DNA from: Lingula anatina
Lineage: Eukaryota; Animalia; Brachiopoda
Direction: 5' to 3'
Assembly (NCBI GenBank): GCA_051362555.1
Contig: CM120645.1
Location: 5,890,001 to 5,954,000 of the forward strand
Length of the DNA: 64,000 nucleotides
The notes beneath the pieces were generated by a model. It was given only the letters and a program-made list of their open reading frames with translations. It ran no database searches and had not been told where the DNA came from. The translations under genes were made by a program, and so were the position numbers. Below are positions 1-12,220 of this stretch, in pieces; position 1 is the first letter of the stretch, and every line of letters begins with the position of its first letter.

Positions 1-111
1 TTGTTGGTAATACTAGTATATTGATTCTAACATTGGCAGTGATAAAAATTGTACTTAAAATGTGACACTGACATAAAATTTCCACTACTTATTTTTATAC
101 AGTTTGCCGAA

Positions 112-1980
112 ATGGCTGTGGAAATGCAACCAGTTGGCATAATAAGTGCTACATCAGCATCAGTCACAGTGCCAGCACACTTTGTGGACCAGGTACCTCT
201 TTTTAATTTAGTCTCATATTCATCAAAGAATTATAACTTTTTTAAATTAATTCATAGTTTTAATCAGTGCACGACAAATAGGGATTTTTTTCCCTAACAA
301 ATAAAGGATGTTTATCCTTTTATTTAAGTTAGTGGGAATTTCTGTGCTTGATAACTTTACATGTGTTGTATTTTTCTGTATATTTTATTCTTTTCATGCC
401 ACAGGTGTCTACACTAGATGTAAATCAACTAGCAGCCCAGGAACTGGCTCAGCTTGCCTCGACACCTATTGGCAATAATGTAAACCAGGTGGCCAGCCAG
501 GTGCAGGTGGCAAGTGAAGTTACCTCTGAACAGGTAAACTTTCAAGGGGTTTACCTGTATGTTTAAGAGAAAATTCTTGTATTGCCTGTATATATTGACT
601 CTCCTGTAACAGTTGAACACTTATAACCCCATCTACTTTTTTCTTTACTTTGAAATACATTTATTTTTTCAAAACAATTTTGAGCATATTTAGAGATATA
701 CCACAATCTCTAAATATGTAACCTATGCATACAATTAATGTACCTAATTTTATAGCTAAAATATTACTTTACAGATATATTGATAACACTGTCCTCTTGG
801 AAAATAAATGACATCTGTTGTTTTCCATTTTAAGCCACCTCCACAGCCGTCCCAGTCCGGAGGGTATCCCATCTATCTCTATCGCTTATCGGAACATGCA
901 GCAACGCTACTGAAGAGCCTAGACAACATGCGCAATGATCCAGACTCATGCGATGCCAAAATCACGTGCAGAGATGGTCCACCTATGTTTTCACACCAGT
1001 ATCTCCTGATTGCCTGCAGTCCGTATTTCAAACGGCGTTTTCGATCTGGTGGTGAAATCAACATAGATCTTCCAAGTCAACCAGTGAAGCGTATCTTAGA
1101 TTTCATATACACCGGTGAGATTAGTATCAAGTCTGAGGACGTGTTTCCCCTCCTTAAAGCTGCTGAGACATTGATGATTCAGAGCCTAATGGATATCTGT
1201 GTGGACTACATGAAAACTCACAACATTGGTCTTAAGCCTTCAGCAGATGGAGTGACACCTAATCTTGAAGAAGGTTGGAATTTAGACTTGTGCAAAGACG
1301 AGGGGAGTTCTGATAAGCCATTGACATTGAGACAGCAGGAGTCGGCTGAGGCAGAGGAGTACAGTGACGAAGAATATGAATATGATGCGGTCAGTGGTAA
1401 GAGGAAAAGACGAAGGTCAAGTAACCCATACCCATGGGCATGCCCACACTGTAAATTCCGCACACTTTCAAAGAAACGCCTGGAAGAACATGTTGCAAAC
1501 CATTCAGCAGACTTTGCATACAAATGCGCTCTTTGTACTTTCACAGCTAAAAGCAATCAGAGTTTAGTGAAACACATCAGCAGTGGGCACACCACTGAGG
1601 AGTTGAAAAATCTCCCCCAAAATGCTGACTACAGTTGGATGTACCCTCCAGAGCAGCTAGATACCTCGAAAAAGGCTTCAATAAAGGCCAAGTCCACCAA
1701 GGCCCTGTTGGCCATGAACTCTGGAGTGGAGGAGGAGGAGCAGTTCGTTATCAGGATAGAGGCAGCACCCCCTGCTCCTGTCGAATCTCTCGACCACCCA
1801 CAGCAGCAACAACAGGAGGGGGAGGGGGAAAACCAGGACCAGGAGACACTGAAACAGGCGCACATGCTGATGTCAGCAGGGCAGGGGGAGGGGGACAATG
1901 GACATGTTTTACTGGCCACAGAGAACTGTGACTCTGGAGCAAATGGGAATACGAGTCTAGAGGCCGTATCAGAAGGGTGA
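112..1980 (+). CDS. BTB/POZ + two C2H2 zinc-finger transcription factor (ZBTB-like), ~451 aa; exons 112-192, 405-533, 835-1980
   Basis: The ORF contains a classic BTB motif (EHAATLLKSLDNMR..CDAKI..SHQYLLIACSPYF..ILDFIYTGEI..LLKAAETLMIQSL), a basic NLS (KRKRRR) and two C2H2 fingers (CPHC..H..H; CALC..H...H). Two upstream phase-0 exons join in frame at GT-AG sites. An acceptor at 101-102 implies a further upstream exon outside the window. Confidence 0.9.
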
Positions 1981-2611
1981 TATTGGATTTGAATAGGAGA
2001 ATACGTAGAGGTCTATTGAAAGTATAGTGAGTGGGAAGCTTAACCTGATGTCAAAAAGGACATTAGGCAGTGGAGTATAAGATGGAGAAGACTGTGACAT
2101 TATGAGAAGGATTAAAAAGAGGAACTTATACAAGGGCAGCACAGGTCAGGAAGGGTTACATGTTGATAGTGGTGACCAGTGGGCTTTGTTGTGTCTCGCA
2201 ACTGAGTTGCATGACAAATCATTTTTCCTTTTTTTTTCCTGACAAATCAAGCACATTTAAGTGGCAGCTGTCAAAAAGGTAACATTGGCCTACAGAATGA
2301 GGGTGCCATGGGGGATGGTCGATACTTGGACGATAGTGTGTCAGAAAATATCAACTTTTTGGCACTTGGATGACACTGCATCGGAAAGTTGACAGAGGGG
2401 AGGCCCTTTGACATTTGGAAGATACTATGTCATAATGTGAGTTGAGGGGTGACACTATGTGAAAGGTTGACAGAGTAGCCATATGTCAACATGTGACAAG
2501 TTACAGTGAGTTGACATTGTATCAAGGTGACATAGGCTTTGTATTTGACAGTTGGGGTAAGAAAAAAAGAACACACTGTCAGAACGTGGCAGTGATAGAA
2601 GTAGAGATGAG

Positions 2612-2614
2612 TGT

Positions 2615-2645
<31 letters not shown>

Positions 2646-2648
2646 GGG
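2612..2648. repeat. (GT)n microsatellite running into a poly-G tract
   Basis: Read directly from the sequence. Confidence 0.9.
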
Positions 2649-4469
2649 ACAATACTGACTCACTGATAAGAACTGTCCAAGCTGAAATTAACACGGGTGT
2701 TGCAGTTAGTAAGCCCTTTATATTAAAGAGGCACAGTTAGTTGGATTAGCAGAAATTATAACATAATAATGGAGAAACAGTTCCACCATATAGTGTTCAA
2801 TAAGTCTTAAAGGTTATTGAGCACTGTCATTTAAAGGATAACTTCATGGTGCCTTATGTCAAGTTGATAAGGATTTGGTTCAGAATTGTCATTCTTTTTT
2901 GATGCTAGCATTATAGTATAATATTTTGAAAATTAATAAATGTCATCTTAGAATCGCATAGAAAATTATAAGGGTTTTTCCATTTGTATTTGTTTTTGTT
3001 GCTTAGTTCTCTGTTGATTTATTGACTTTTTTTATATAATATTGAAAACAAATGCAGTGTACACAACTCAATGAGCACCTGATGATTAGATAGTATAGTG
3101 GTGTTGTATAAGAGACAGCATATTATGCAGTAAAGTAAAGGGCAGTTAAGGTTTGTCAACAGATAGCCACACATCTCTTGAATATGTCTCGTTTAAAACA
3201 TTTAACTAGTATAAAACTGTAAACTTCACTTTTTCAGATGGGGGGGGGGGGGGAGAAAAAAGGTACAATCGATCAAACCAAAATTAATCAAACCTTTGTA
3301 CCATTTTTAGTTCAATGCCTCATTTCCAGTCAGAAATATAAGAGAAAGAATATTTGCAGATCTTTAGAGGATTAATCATCCATACATAAGTACAGTGTTT
3401 CTTTCTTTTTTTTTTATAATAGCTAGTGGCATGAAAAGAAAAAAAGGTATCCAGTACAGCTAGTTGAAGGGGCTTCACGTCAGACCTTTTGTATTTTCTT
3501 TATGAGTACTTACTCCCCAGAAAATGGCTTTTGCAAATTGTATTTACCATTTCAAAAATGTGTATATATGAGTTATCATAGAGATAAGAAAATGCTGTAG
3601 ATAATTGTTAAAGGCAGATGAAGATACAACTTTTAATTTACAGTTAATGTGAACAGTGATTTTGGTCACTGATGTAAACATGTTAATGACATAATTTTTT
3701 CTAATGAAACGCAATAAAGAACTGTAAAAGACTAATAATTGTATTGTTGTAATAGAAAATGCAGATTGCTTACAGAGGGCAACAGATGGGAATGGATTTT
3801 GATTGCACTGTACGAAATAAAAAATCTGATGAAGAAATGTTAAGATGGGACTTTTTAAATGGATTTTTAAGTTGAGGTTGACATAACACAAGGGAAAAGC
3901 ATAGAATATATTTCAGTTTATTTATTAAATTGTTTAATTAACTGGCTTTATCTAGGATTTCACTAGCTTGACTCCTTTGTTAATACGAAAGATTGATTTT
4001 TATCAAATTCAAAATATCTTACACCTAAATGAGCATAATTTGCCATGATTATCCATGAAACTTTGTCTTCTTTTTGCAAACTTGTATTCAATATTTTGAA
4101 ACTTGAACACAAGGGTCAGTAAAATAAAATAAGAATACTGACCAAATACTCAAGATAGATTTTATTATCACAGATCAATGAAGCACATTATTTCAGCATT
4201 AAATGCCTTGGTTATCTAAAAAAATGTCTATTTAAAGTGAATGAGATCATTAACAGTAGTATCAATTAATAAAAAAAGGAACTTAATGAGATTCTGGTCA
4301 CATTTTCTGCACCATTGTTATGCATTAATATCAAGATCAAAGTTCAATACAAAATATTTTCATGTCATATATTTTTTTTCTTCAAATCATAAATGGCACA
4401 GTTCTGCATTTCTGAATATATATCACTAAATTAGTTAAAGGTTCCACTGTCACTAGAGCAATCAGTTTT

Positions 4470-7400
4470 TTAAAACTTAACAAGCTGTGCCTTCTCCTGC
4501 ATGTGATCATCCTCACCAGCCTCATTTGATGAGAAAAGTAGGCAGTAACCATAAACACAAACTGCCTTCAAGGTTTGAAACACAAACAAGTCCTCTAGCA
4601 GTGCCACTCCTACCAGAGCAGCCCAGTTGTACACAGCGCTATCACTCAGCTCTCCGCCATACGCAATGGTGAGAAATACTGCCAAAGCCATGGAGGCACC
4701 CAGCAAAATGACTGCTGGATAGATCAAAAAGTGGGGCAACTTTCCGCTATCGTGTTTTCTGTTGACCATCATCTCCAGTGACTTCAGCTCAGTGTATGGC
4801 ACCTCATCTGATGGTTCTGGAACAGATTGTGGGGAAATGAATAAATGAATTCGGAAAGTATGTGAAAGTTTTACTTCAAATTGAAGCAGGCTAATATTAC
4901 CTCCCATACGACCATAATCACTGCTATGATTATAATGAGTAAGGGCAAGGAAGGTTATATTGAAACCAATGTTCTAAATATCTTCAAATTGTAAACTGTT
5001 TGGATACATATTCAAAAATGTATTATTTTTTATATGTTCATTCTTTTTAAAATTTAACTTTTTAAATTAACTGAACTGACGGACATGACACCAAACTGGA
5101 CAATTACCTTCCCAAATATTAACAGCTACAGTTTGTGGTGCAGTGGTGCAGTGCAGTGGCGTTCCTTCTTTAGCTGAATGTTTCAAAACATTATATAAAC
5201 TAGAATAAATTACTTGAAGTTTGGAAGTCTGGCAAAACAAATCTTTGCAAAATTAATTAAAAAATATAAAGATATTAAAAACTTCTGTATCAGACATTTG
5301 CACAAAATATGAAAATCTTGAAACTGCTTTGAAATGTTCACAAAATGCCAACTAGTTGTTGGTGCTACAATATGTTTTGCCACCTGACAATTACCTTTCT
5401 CTACATCCACTGCCACATCATGCTCAGATGTCTGCTTTGGTAGCTCAGCATTGTATTTTGTCTGGTTGATGTCTGAAATAAGGTTATTCTAAAATTGTAT
5501 AAAACAAATAAAGGAAAATGTGAGAACTTTTTTGTTTGAGCGTTACTACTCTATTCTTGAACATAAATAAAGCAGCAGAAAATCAAAATAAAAAAATGTT
5601 ACATCTGTTTTACACACATAAAAAAAGGATTAAAAATACATCCTCAGATAGACATTTCTACAGCATAATATAAAGGTAAACTTTTACATAAGTATATAAT
5701 TACCCGGGTGGAGAAAACTTGGGTTAAAGTGAGCAATGAGACTGTAAAAAGGTGAAACATCTGCATTTCTGTAGCTGGAAGTCTTCCCATCATGGGATTT
5801 TGGGTGATCTGCCTGCATCTTCTTTTGCATCTTTGAGTTTAGCCTAGGGTTGTTAGGAGGAGGAGCATAAGTGAAGAACTCAGAAGCAATGCAGTTGTTA
5901 TTCTCCCTAGAGACTTCTGGCATCTGGAGTATGATGCTGCTAATGGACAGTGCACTGGAGCTAGGAGTGCTGTTGTAGCTGGGTGTTTTCTGAAATGATA
6001 CATACCACAATATAGCCCATAAGTATACAGCACATAATGTCTTTTTATGTTCTTAGTATATGTGTTTATAAGCCAAAACAAATATCACTTTGTAATAAGT
6101 GATACAAGTGTGTGTTTTTAATCATAAGAAGGCAATGCACGTATGCCTCAAAGGCAATCCATGATATATACCTGTACAGGCACATACATGCATGCACAAA
6201 CAAAAATTAGAAAGAAATAATTAATACCCCTTTCCTGCTGTCCACATATCCCATGGCAACCATATCTTCCTTGACAACCAAATTTTCCTTGGCAACCATT
6301 TCTTCAATCTGTGCCATAGCCTGGTGTTCAACAGTTGCACGTGCCAAATCATAGCCCTTCTCAAAGTCATAAGCCACCTGTTTCATCATGGTCTCCACAC
6401 TTCCATGCACAACTTGTTGGAACCCATCACTGATTGTGCAACTGAAAAAATAAAGAAAGTGATTGATCTTTCTTCATTTTAACCAAGAAATGTTGTAATT
6501 AGTATTATTGGTAGAATAACACTCTGGCTACAATGAATAACTCCATTAATTAACACACTCAAAGCATGTATGTGTCACTTTATAAAAGCAAAATAATATG
6601 AAAGCATTTCAACAGTAAAACACAAAATAAGACAGATTTATGATGAAAACAGGTTTTTCAGTAGTCTTTAATCGAGTGCAGTCTAATACAAGTTGTCAGA
6701 ATCAGACATCACTATGAGCAAGACCTGTGATCAACTCCCAAAGCTGAACATTTTTATGAAATCAGGAGTCTTCAAAAAAAAAAAAAAAAAAGAAAAAAAG
6801 GCTCCTTACATGTCATCATACTGGGGCTCATCTTCCAGGCTCTGCAGCACAGTGGTGTCACCAGTGTCTTCTCTGTCATAGCACCTGATATTGTACATTG
6901 CTACATCATATATGCCATTCACAAGGAATGTTCCTATATTGACAAGGAGGCTGGAGAGGAAGATGCCTCTATCAAGCTGAATGACACCAACAGCACTGAG
7001 AAGGGTACTGGTAAGCAGCATGTTTGCAAACATGTAGTTCAAGGTGCTGTTAAACCACAGAAGGACAGGGGCCAACTTCAAGCTGGAACAGCGTGTCCAT
7101 CCATGACAGGACCACATGTACAGAAGGCAAGTTTGCAGTCCAAACCTGAAAAATATTAAATTTATATAAAATATCGAAGTAAAGAAGTACATACATGAAA
7201 ATTAAATACTACATGTACATTCCATGTTTAAGGAAAACTGTATACTGCATTAAGAAATCAGAATACATGTCATAATTATTATTATTTTTTATATTCTATG
7301 TGTTGATAACTTGCAAAAACAGTCATTTCAAAGTACATTATATGCTTATTTATTAATTGTGAGAAAGTCTCCAACTTTACCTGGAGTTCTTACATGACTC

Positions 7401-8628
7401 CAAAGTGGTGTATCCCACTGTGAGGCATCCATTGCTGCTGAAGTGAGATTCACAGCCAGATACTGTATCATATACTGTTATGTCCAGCATATTCCTTCAA
7501 TGAAAGAAAAATATATATTACAATTTTTTTTTTTTTTTTTTTTGCTCAAGTTTCTTTATTTACAACAAATATTTAACAATTGGTATTTGGAATAAATTGC
7601 TGCTTTTAAATATCTGTACTGAGATGCTAGCTTACACTTTTTCCATTCTGAATATATTAATATATCTAGATAACTTAACTCCATGAATATAGCTTTAACT
7701 AGGCACCCAAGGCATTCATAACACAAATCATATTTCAGAACATTGACAGAAATAATCTTCATAATTTGCTTAACTTTTTTTTTATAAATGTAGTACTATG
7801 ATGTAGTGATGTTTGTGATGTTGCAGTTTGTTCTTTAAATTACCATTGAGCTCCTGGTCTTCCACTGATGTTCACCACAACATTCTTCAGTTTTCCCAGA
7901 GACTCTAAGTTTAAAATAATAACAAAAAAGCATTTAGTATAATGTTAGCATGTTGTTTAGGAATAAAACAGGCATCAAATATGATAAAGTTGTAGTTTAA
8001 TTGTAAAAGTAAATTTAGTTTAACAAAACAAGACTAACAGCGCCTTGTTTTACAAACCTAAAAGGATTCTTGCACCAACACTCTCAAAATATGCTTTACT
8101 TTATAATAAATAAGCAACATGCATGGAGCTCTGTAAACATAATACTATATGTAATAATAATAATAGATCTATGTAATAAAGCTTCTAATAGAGATAAACA
8201 GTTAACTGTGACATGATGTTCTAGTAAAGACTGTACATGAAGAATTGATTGCAGTAAGTAAATGGTAATTAACTGCTAATAATATTGTTGAATCAATATT
8301 TGCAGGCAATGAAATCTATATGTGCTCCAAAAGTATTCAAGATGTTTACCTTTGGTATACAAAAGGAACCAGTTCTTCTGTCCTACCCCAAGGAAATTGT
8401 GCTTTTTCCCATGTTCATTCAGATTGTATTCAGGAGATACCCCCTGGTCTCCTTTCAACTGCAATCTGACTTTGGGCGTCTTTCCCGCTATTTAAAACAA
8501 CATACGCATTTCTATAGTTAGGAATAAATACAGTTAAGCAACGACTTCAATAATAATATACAAAGGCAAGACTTGTCATTGGCCTATATCTCTTTTTCTA
8601 TTTTTGTCTTTTTTTTATTATTGTTATC

Positions 8629-8675
<47 letters not shown>

Positions 8676-9601
8676 CTGAAGACAGTTAAACATTTTTATT
8701 TCACAAAATAATAACTAGTTTAAGCTTTTCAACAAGAATCAGAATCAATAACCTAGAAGATCTAAAATAGCATCACTCTTACCTCTTTTCAGACTATTTT
8801 GAACTGCTACCATGTATCTATAGTGATGTTCACCAGAATATTTGGGAACAACAATGATACCACTCTGCTTTCTCTGAAATGATAATGACCATTATACTTG
8901 TAAGGCAAAAGAAAAGAAAATAAAGGAAATGAAAAGTATGTCAAAATAAAACAATGGTGTTATGAAGTTGATTACAGTTGAAACAAAACAATTTTTAGTT
9001 CTTTGCCACAGTTGCTTATTTTATATTTTAAAAAAGTTAGTCTATTACAGAAATCCCTGAGAGAAAGCTATACTTTCATATGCATGCAGGCCAAACTTAT
9101 AGTTTTGTTTTAGTACCTTCTTCCACTTCAGCCATATAATAAAGCTCATGGTGACAAACATGAGTCCAGCAAAAGCATATATAAAGGCGTAAGTAAGTCT
9201 GTTGTTTTTCACAAACTTAGGAGGCATTTTCAAGGTATTAGCTAGCAAAGAAACAAAAGGATGGAGCTTAGAAAATGGAAAACAAGGAAGCAAATCAAGG
9301 GCAAGGAGAATTAATAAAAAGCGTGGTTATTTTAAATATATAGACTATTAAAAATAGTGAAAGTAGGGTATAATAAAAATGAGGCTCAGACTAAACAAAA
9401 CACAAAAAGTGGGTTTTTGACTATCAAAATACATGAAATAGTGACAAACCAAATAAAAAAATCACATTTTTTGCCAAAATGAATGGTAAAAAAACATAAA
9501 AGATGTAAAAGAGTTAAATATAATTTGATGATATTCTTACCTCCATGGAGAGGTTGCATGAGTAGCAACATCAACAGAACTTTGACCTTCAAGTTCTTCA
9601 T
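4470..9601 (-). CDS. Mini polycystin-1 (PKD1/REJ family)-like membrane protein, copy 1, 638 aa; exons 9601-9541, 9241-9117, 8873-8783, 8487-8350, 7904-7844, 7494-7381, 7145-6810, 6441-6228, 5989-5704, 5472-5395, 5173-5108, 4816-4470
   Basis: Twelve GT-AG exons join in one open frame (1917 nt). Signal-like MKNLKVKVLLMLLLMQPLHG; TM1 (NNRLTYAFIYAFAGLMFVTMSFIIWLKWKK); PLAT-like YRYMVAVQNSLKRAGKTPKVRLQLKGDQGVS..NWFLLYTKESLGKLKNVVV..GAQWNMLDITVYDTVSG; TM2-3 exon; long hydrophilic loop; TM4-5 (LPHFLIYPAVILLG..FLTIAYG..NWAALVGVALLEDLFVFQTLKAV). This matches the order of elements in the PKD1-family TM1-PLAT-TM2-5 region. Confidence 0.8.
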
Positions 9602-9749
9602 AACGGCAAAATTCTTTTTATATGTTCTCCCTGTATCAAATAATACGAAGCCGTGTATGACAAACACGTAAATTAAAACAGAAGTCGCGATTCAGCGAAT
9701 ACACGAGAAATTATCGATATCTCAAAAACTTTGGACGGAGTTGACTTAA

Positions 9750-9816
9750 ACTTCCGCCCAAATCTCACAAATGTCTGTTGCTAATTGACGTCACAGACAC
9801 AATCAGCTCACGTGAC
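9750..9816. promoter_or_regulatory. Putative promoter motif cluster upstream of the PKD1-like gene: GC-box-like TTCCGCCC, perfect CRE TGACGTCA (9786-9793), E-box TCACGTGA (9808-9815)
   Basis: The motifs are read directly and lie in a locally CpG-richer patch ~150-215 bp upstream of the ATG. The CRE is conserved in all four copies (also 24125, 33726, 44844). Function is inferred only. Confidence 0.45.
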
Positions 9817-10291
9817 CATTGTGCTGGGATGTGCGGTTGTGACATTTATACAGCCAACAAATTGAAAAAAAAAAGACTCACTAGCCAAATATTGGGGCTT
9901 TAATAAATTACTTTAAAGAGGATAACTGTAGTCTATGTTATTTTTCGCATTTTGAATTTTATGCATGTACTAGTAGAGCTACTAAAAGAAAAAACACAGC
10001 AAGGCTGGCTACACTAAAGCAGCTAGTAGTAGCATACGGGGCATTCAACAGCTCCGCACTTGGGTCATATATTATGGGTAGGCTAAGCCAACTCAGATTC
10101 CTTTGTCTGAAATATAAAGCCGTTTATATTTCAGACAATGAACTTTATAAATCTAAATTGTTGAAAAATAAATATGAGTAAGTGAAATAGAAAATAGAAA
10201 GTTTTGAACCGTTTATTCACAGAGCATTTTTTTTTTTTTTTTTTTTTTTTTTTGGTCACTCACGGTATGACTTAAGGCTTTTGTATTGCAG

Positions 10292-10488
10292 TGAGGGGAG
10301 GTGAATACTGCTGCCCATATTTAACGTCATCTGGGAATTACACCAGAACGTTCTACTGTCCAGATTACTGCTGCTGTACATCTACCGATAGATATTGCTG
10401 CAATTCAATTAGCAGGAGACACTACTGGAGTTACTCTGACAGTGCGCTGTGTCCTTCCCCGACAGAAGGTATTTGCATTTGTCTCTGA
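10292..10488 (+). pseudogene. Orphan Shisa-like Cys-rich exon (exon 2 of the gene-B type); its promoter and signal-peptide exon are deleted
   Basis: VRGGEYCCPYLTSSGNYTRTFYCPDYCCCTSTDRYCC. About 2.3 kb present in units 2 and 3, including exon 1, is missing at ~10140. It also carries a G-to-C substitution (CCC). Confidence 0.75.
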
Positions 10489-11548
10489 ATTTCAAAAGTT
10501 CAAGTGGTTACATTACATGCACATCTATAGGCTGATACTACAGGTATTAATAAAATTTTAATAAGTGGTATGGTTCCCGTATGCAGTGCATGGGACTGGG
10601 TCAAACTGTTTAAAATATTTAAAATATAGAGGACATAGCAGACATTAGAGGGGGGGGGGGGGGGGGGGGGGGCACAATCTACCAAACCAAACCTATGTAT
10701 AATTTTTTAGTTCAATGCCACATGTCCAGTCAGAAATATAAAGAAAAAGAATATTTGCAGATCTTTAGAGGATTTCTATAGTTTGTTATTTTTTGTATTT
10801 GTTTCATTTTTATGGAACGCCATTCACGCAAAAAATGCAGAAGTCGATTCAACAATCTATCGGCACTATTTAACAACCAAAACCTACTTTAACTATCTAA
10901 ACTTAATTCTACTAAATTAGTTTTGGTCATTTTAATCATTCGTCAAAATCTAACAATCAATAAACGATTCAAAAGTCAATTACCGCAACTCAACAATCAG
11001 TCACCGCAACTCAACAATCAGTTATCGCAACTCAACAATCAGTTACAGCAACTCAACAATCAGTTACTGCAAACGGTCATTCGCGGACTTAACACCAGAT
11101 GGCGCGCGCGCACCGTCAGCGATCTGAAACGTCCTTGACCTTTTCCATCGTTTTAACAGTAGCACAGGCTTCAAACAACTGCGCATGTGCGAAAAGTGCG
11201 CTGTTTGAAATAAACAAGTTGGTGAAATTGACAAAGACCGTCTGGTTGATTTTATTTCATTACCTCTCTGGTGTCTTTTTGAAAATTTATATTAGAAATG
11301 TTCTATTGATTTTATGTTGTAAAAAGTAAATCCGTCGGAATTCCTTAGAAAAACATTTATTTTACCTTCATTTTAAGGGGATTCCCATTGTATTTATAGT
11401 GTTATATGTGGCCCCAATGGGGATTTTCACACCTCCCCTACTCTTGATTAATAAAATTCTTCACCTGGAGGATTGTAAATTACATTGCAAAATACATTGA
11501 AAATCGTAGGAAGGTTAACTGCAGATAATGCTGCGAGGATATTCTTAA

Positions 11549-12219
11549 CAGTGGGGGAACTCGGCCAATATAAATTTTTTAACTTCGTTTTACGATTTTG
11601 GAGCGCCTGTTCTAATTTTTGAAAGCGAGGCAATGGAACCAAACAATGCGATACAATTTGTAATCTCGTAAAAATTGCTATTTTTATATAAAGGTTATAG
11701 CATGGAGTACATCGAAATGCGACTTGTTTATTATTATGATCTTAAATAATAATTAATATAAAACAAACGATATAATACGTTCTTAACGTTAGCCTATTTA
11801 ATAGCTTAATTGATTTTTTTTTCGTATTTGGAGATTAAAAACACAAAAGTTGTCTGGTTTCATATCGAGGCACTGCGTTTCGTTCGTGTGCTTTTAACAG
11901 TATTAAAATACGTGGTGCCTCGATTTGAAACCATTCAGCTTAAATTGTGTTTTTAATCTCCAAATACTTAAAAAAATCAATAAAGCTATTCGACAAGAAC
12001 CTATTATATCGTATCTTTTATATTAATTATTATTATTACATATCACAATAATAAACGAGTCGCCTTATGATACGCCCGGCTATAACCTCTATTAAAAAAT
12101 ATCAATTTTTATGAGATTCGTATCGTTTGGTTCCATTGCCTCGCTTTCAAAAATTAGAACAGGCGCTCCAAAATCGTAAGACGAAGTTAAAATTTTTATA
12201 TTGGCCGAGTTCGCCACCG
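11549..12219. mobile_element. Palindromic MITE (CAGTGG..CCACCG ends, hAT-like termini) at the centre of the foldback element
   Basis: The whole ~670 bp is an imperfect inverted repeat; the same pseudo-ORF MVPLPRFQKLEQ appears on both strands. No clear TSD. Confidence 0.7.
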
Positions 12220-12220
12220 A

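Noticed and set aside
879-1942. Several overlapping ORFs in other frames within the BTB-ZF exon
   Set aside because: Shadow frames of a GC-richer coding exon, with no independent motifs or splice support.
4902-4924. Possible micro-exon (AG..ATGGGAG|GTAATA) before the last PKD1-like exon
   Set aside because: Including it would shift the last exon out of frame; exon 11 joins 4816 directly in phase 1.
10923-11138. ORF with QLNNQL repeats; 21-bp repeats as a CRISPR-like array (also 17160-17245)
   Set aside because: These are head-to-tail subterminal repeats of a transposon arm with no unique spacers, mirrored on the opposite arm, in a eukaryotic context.
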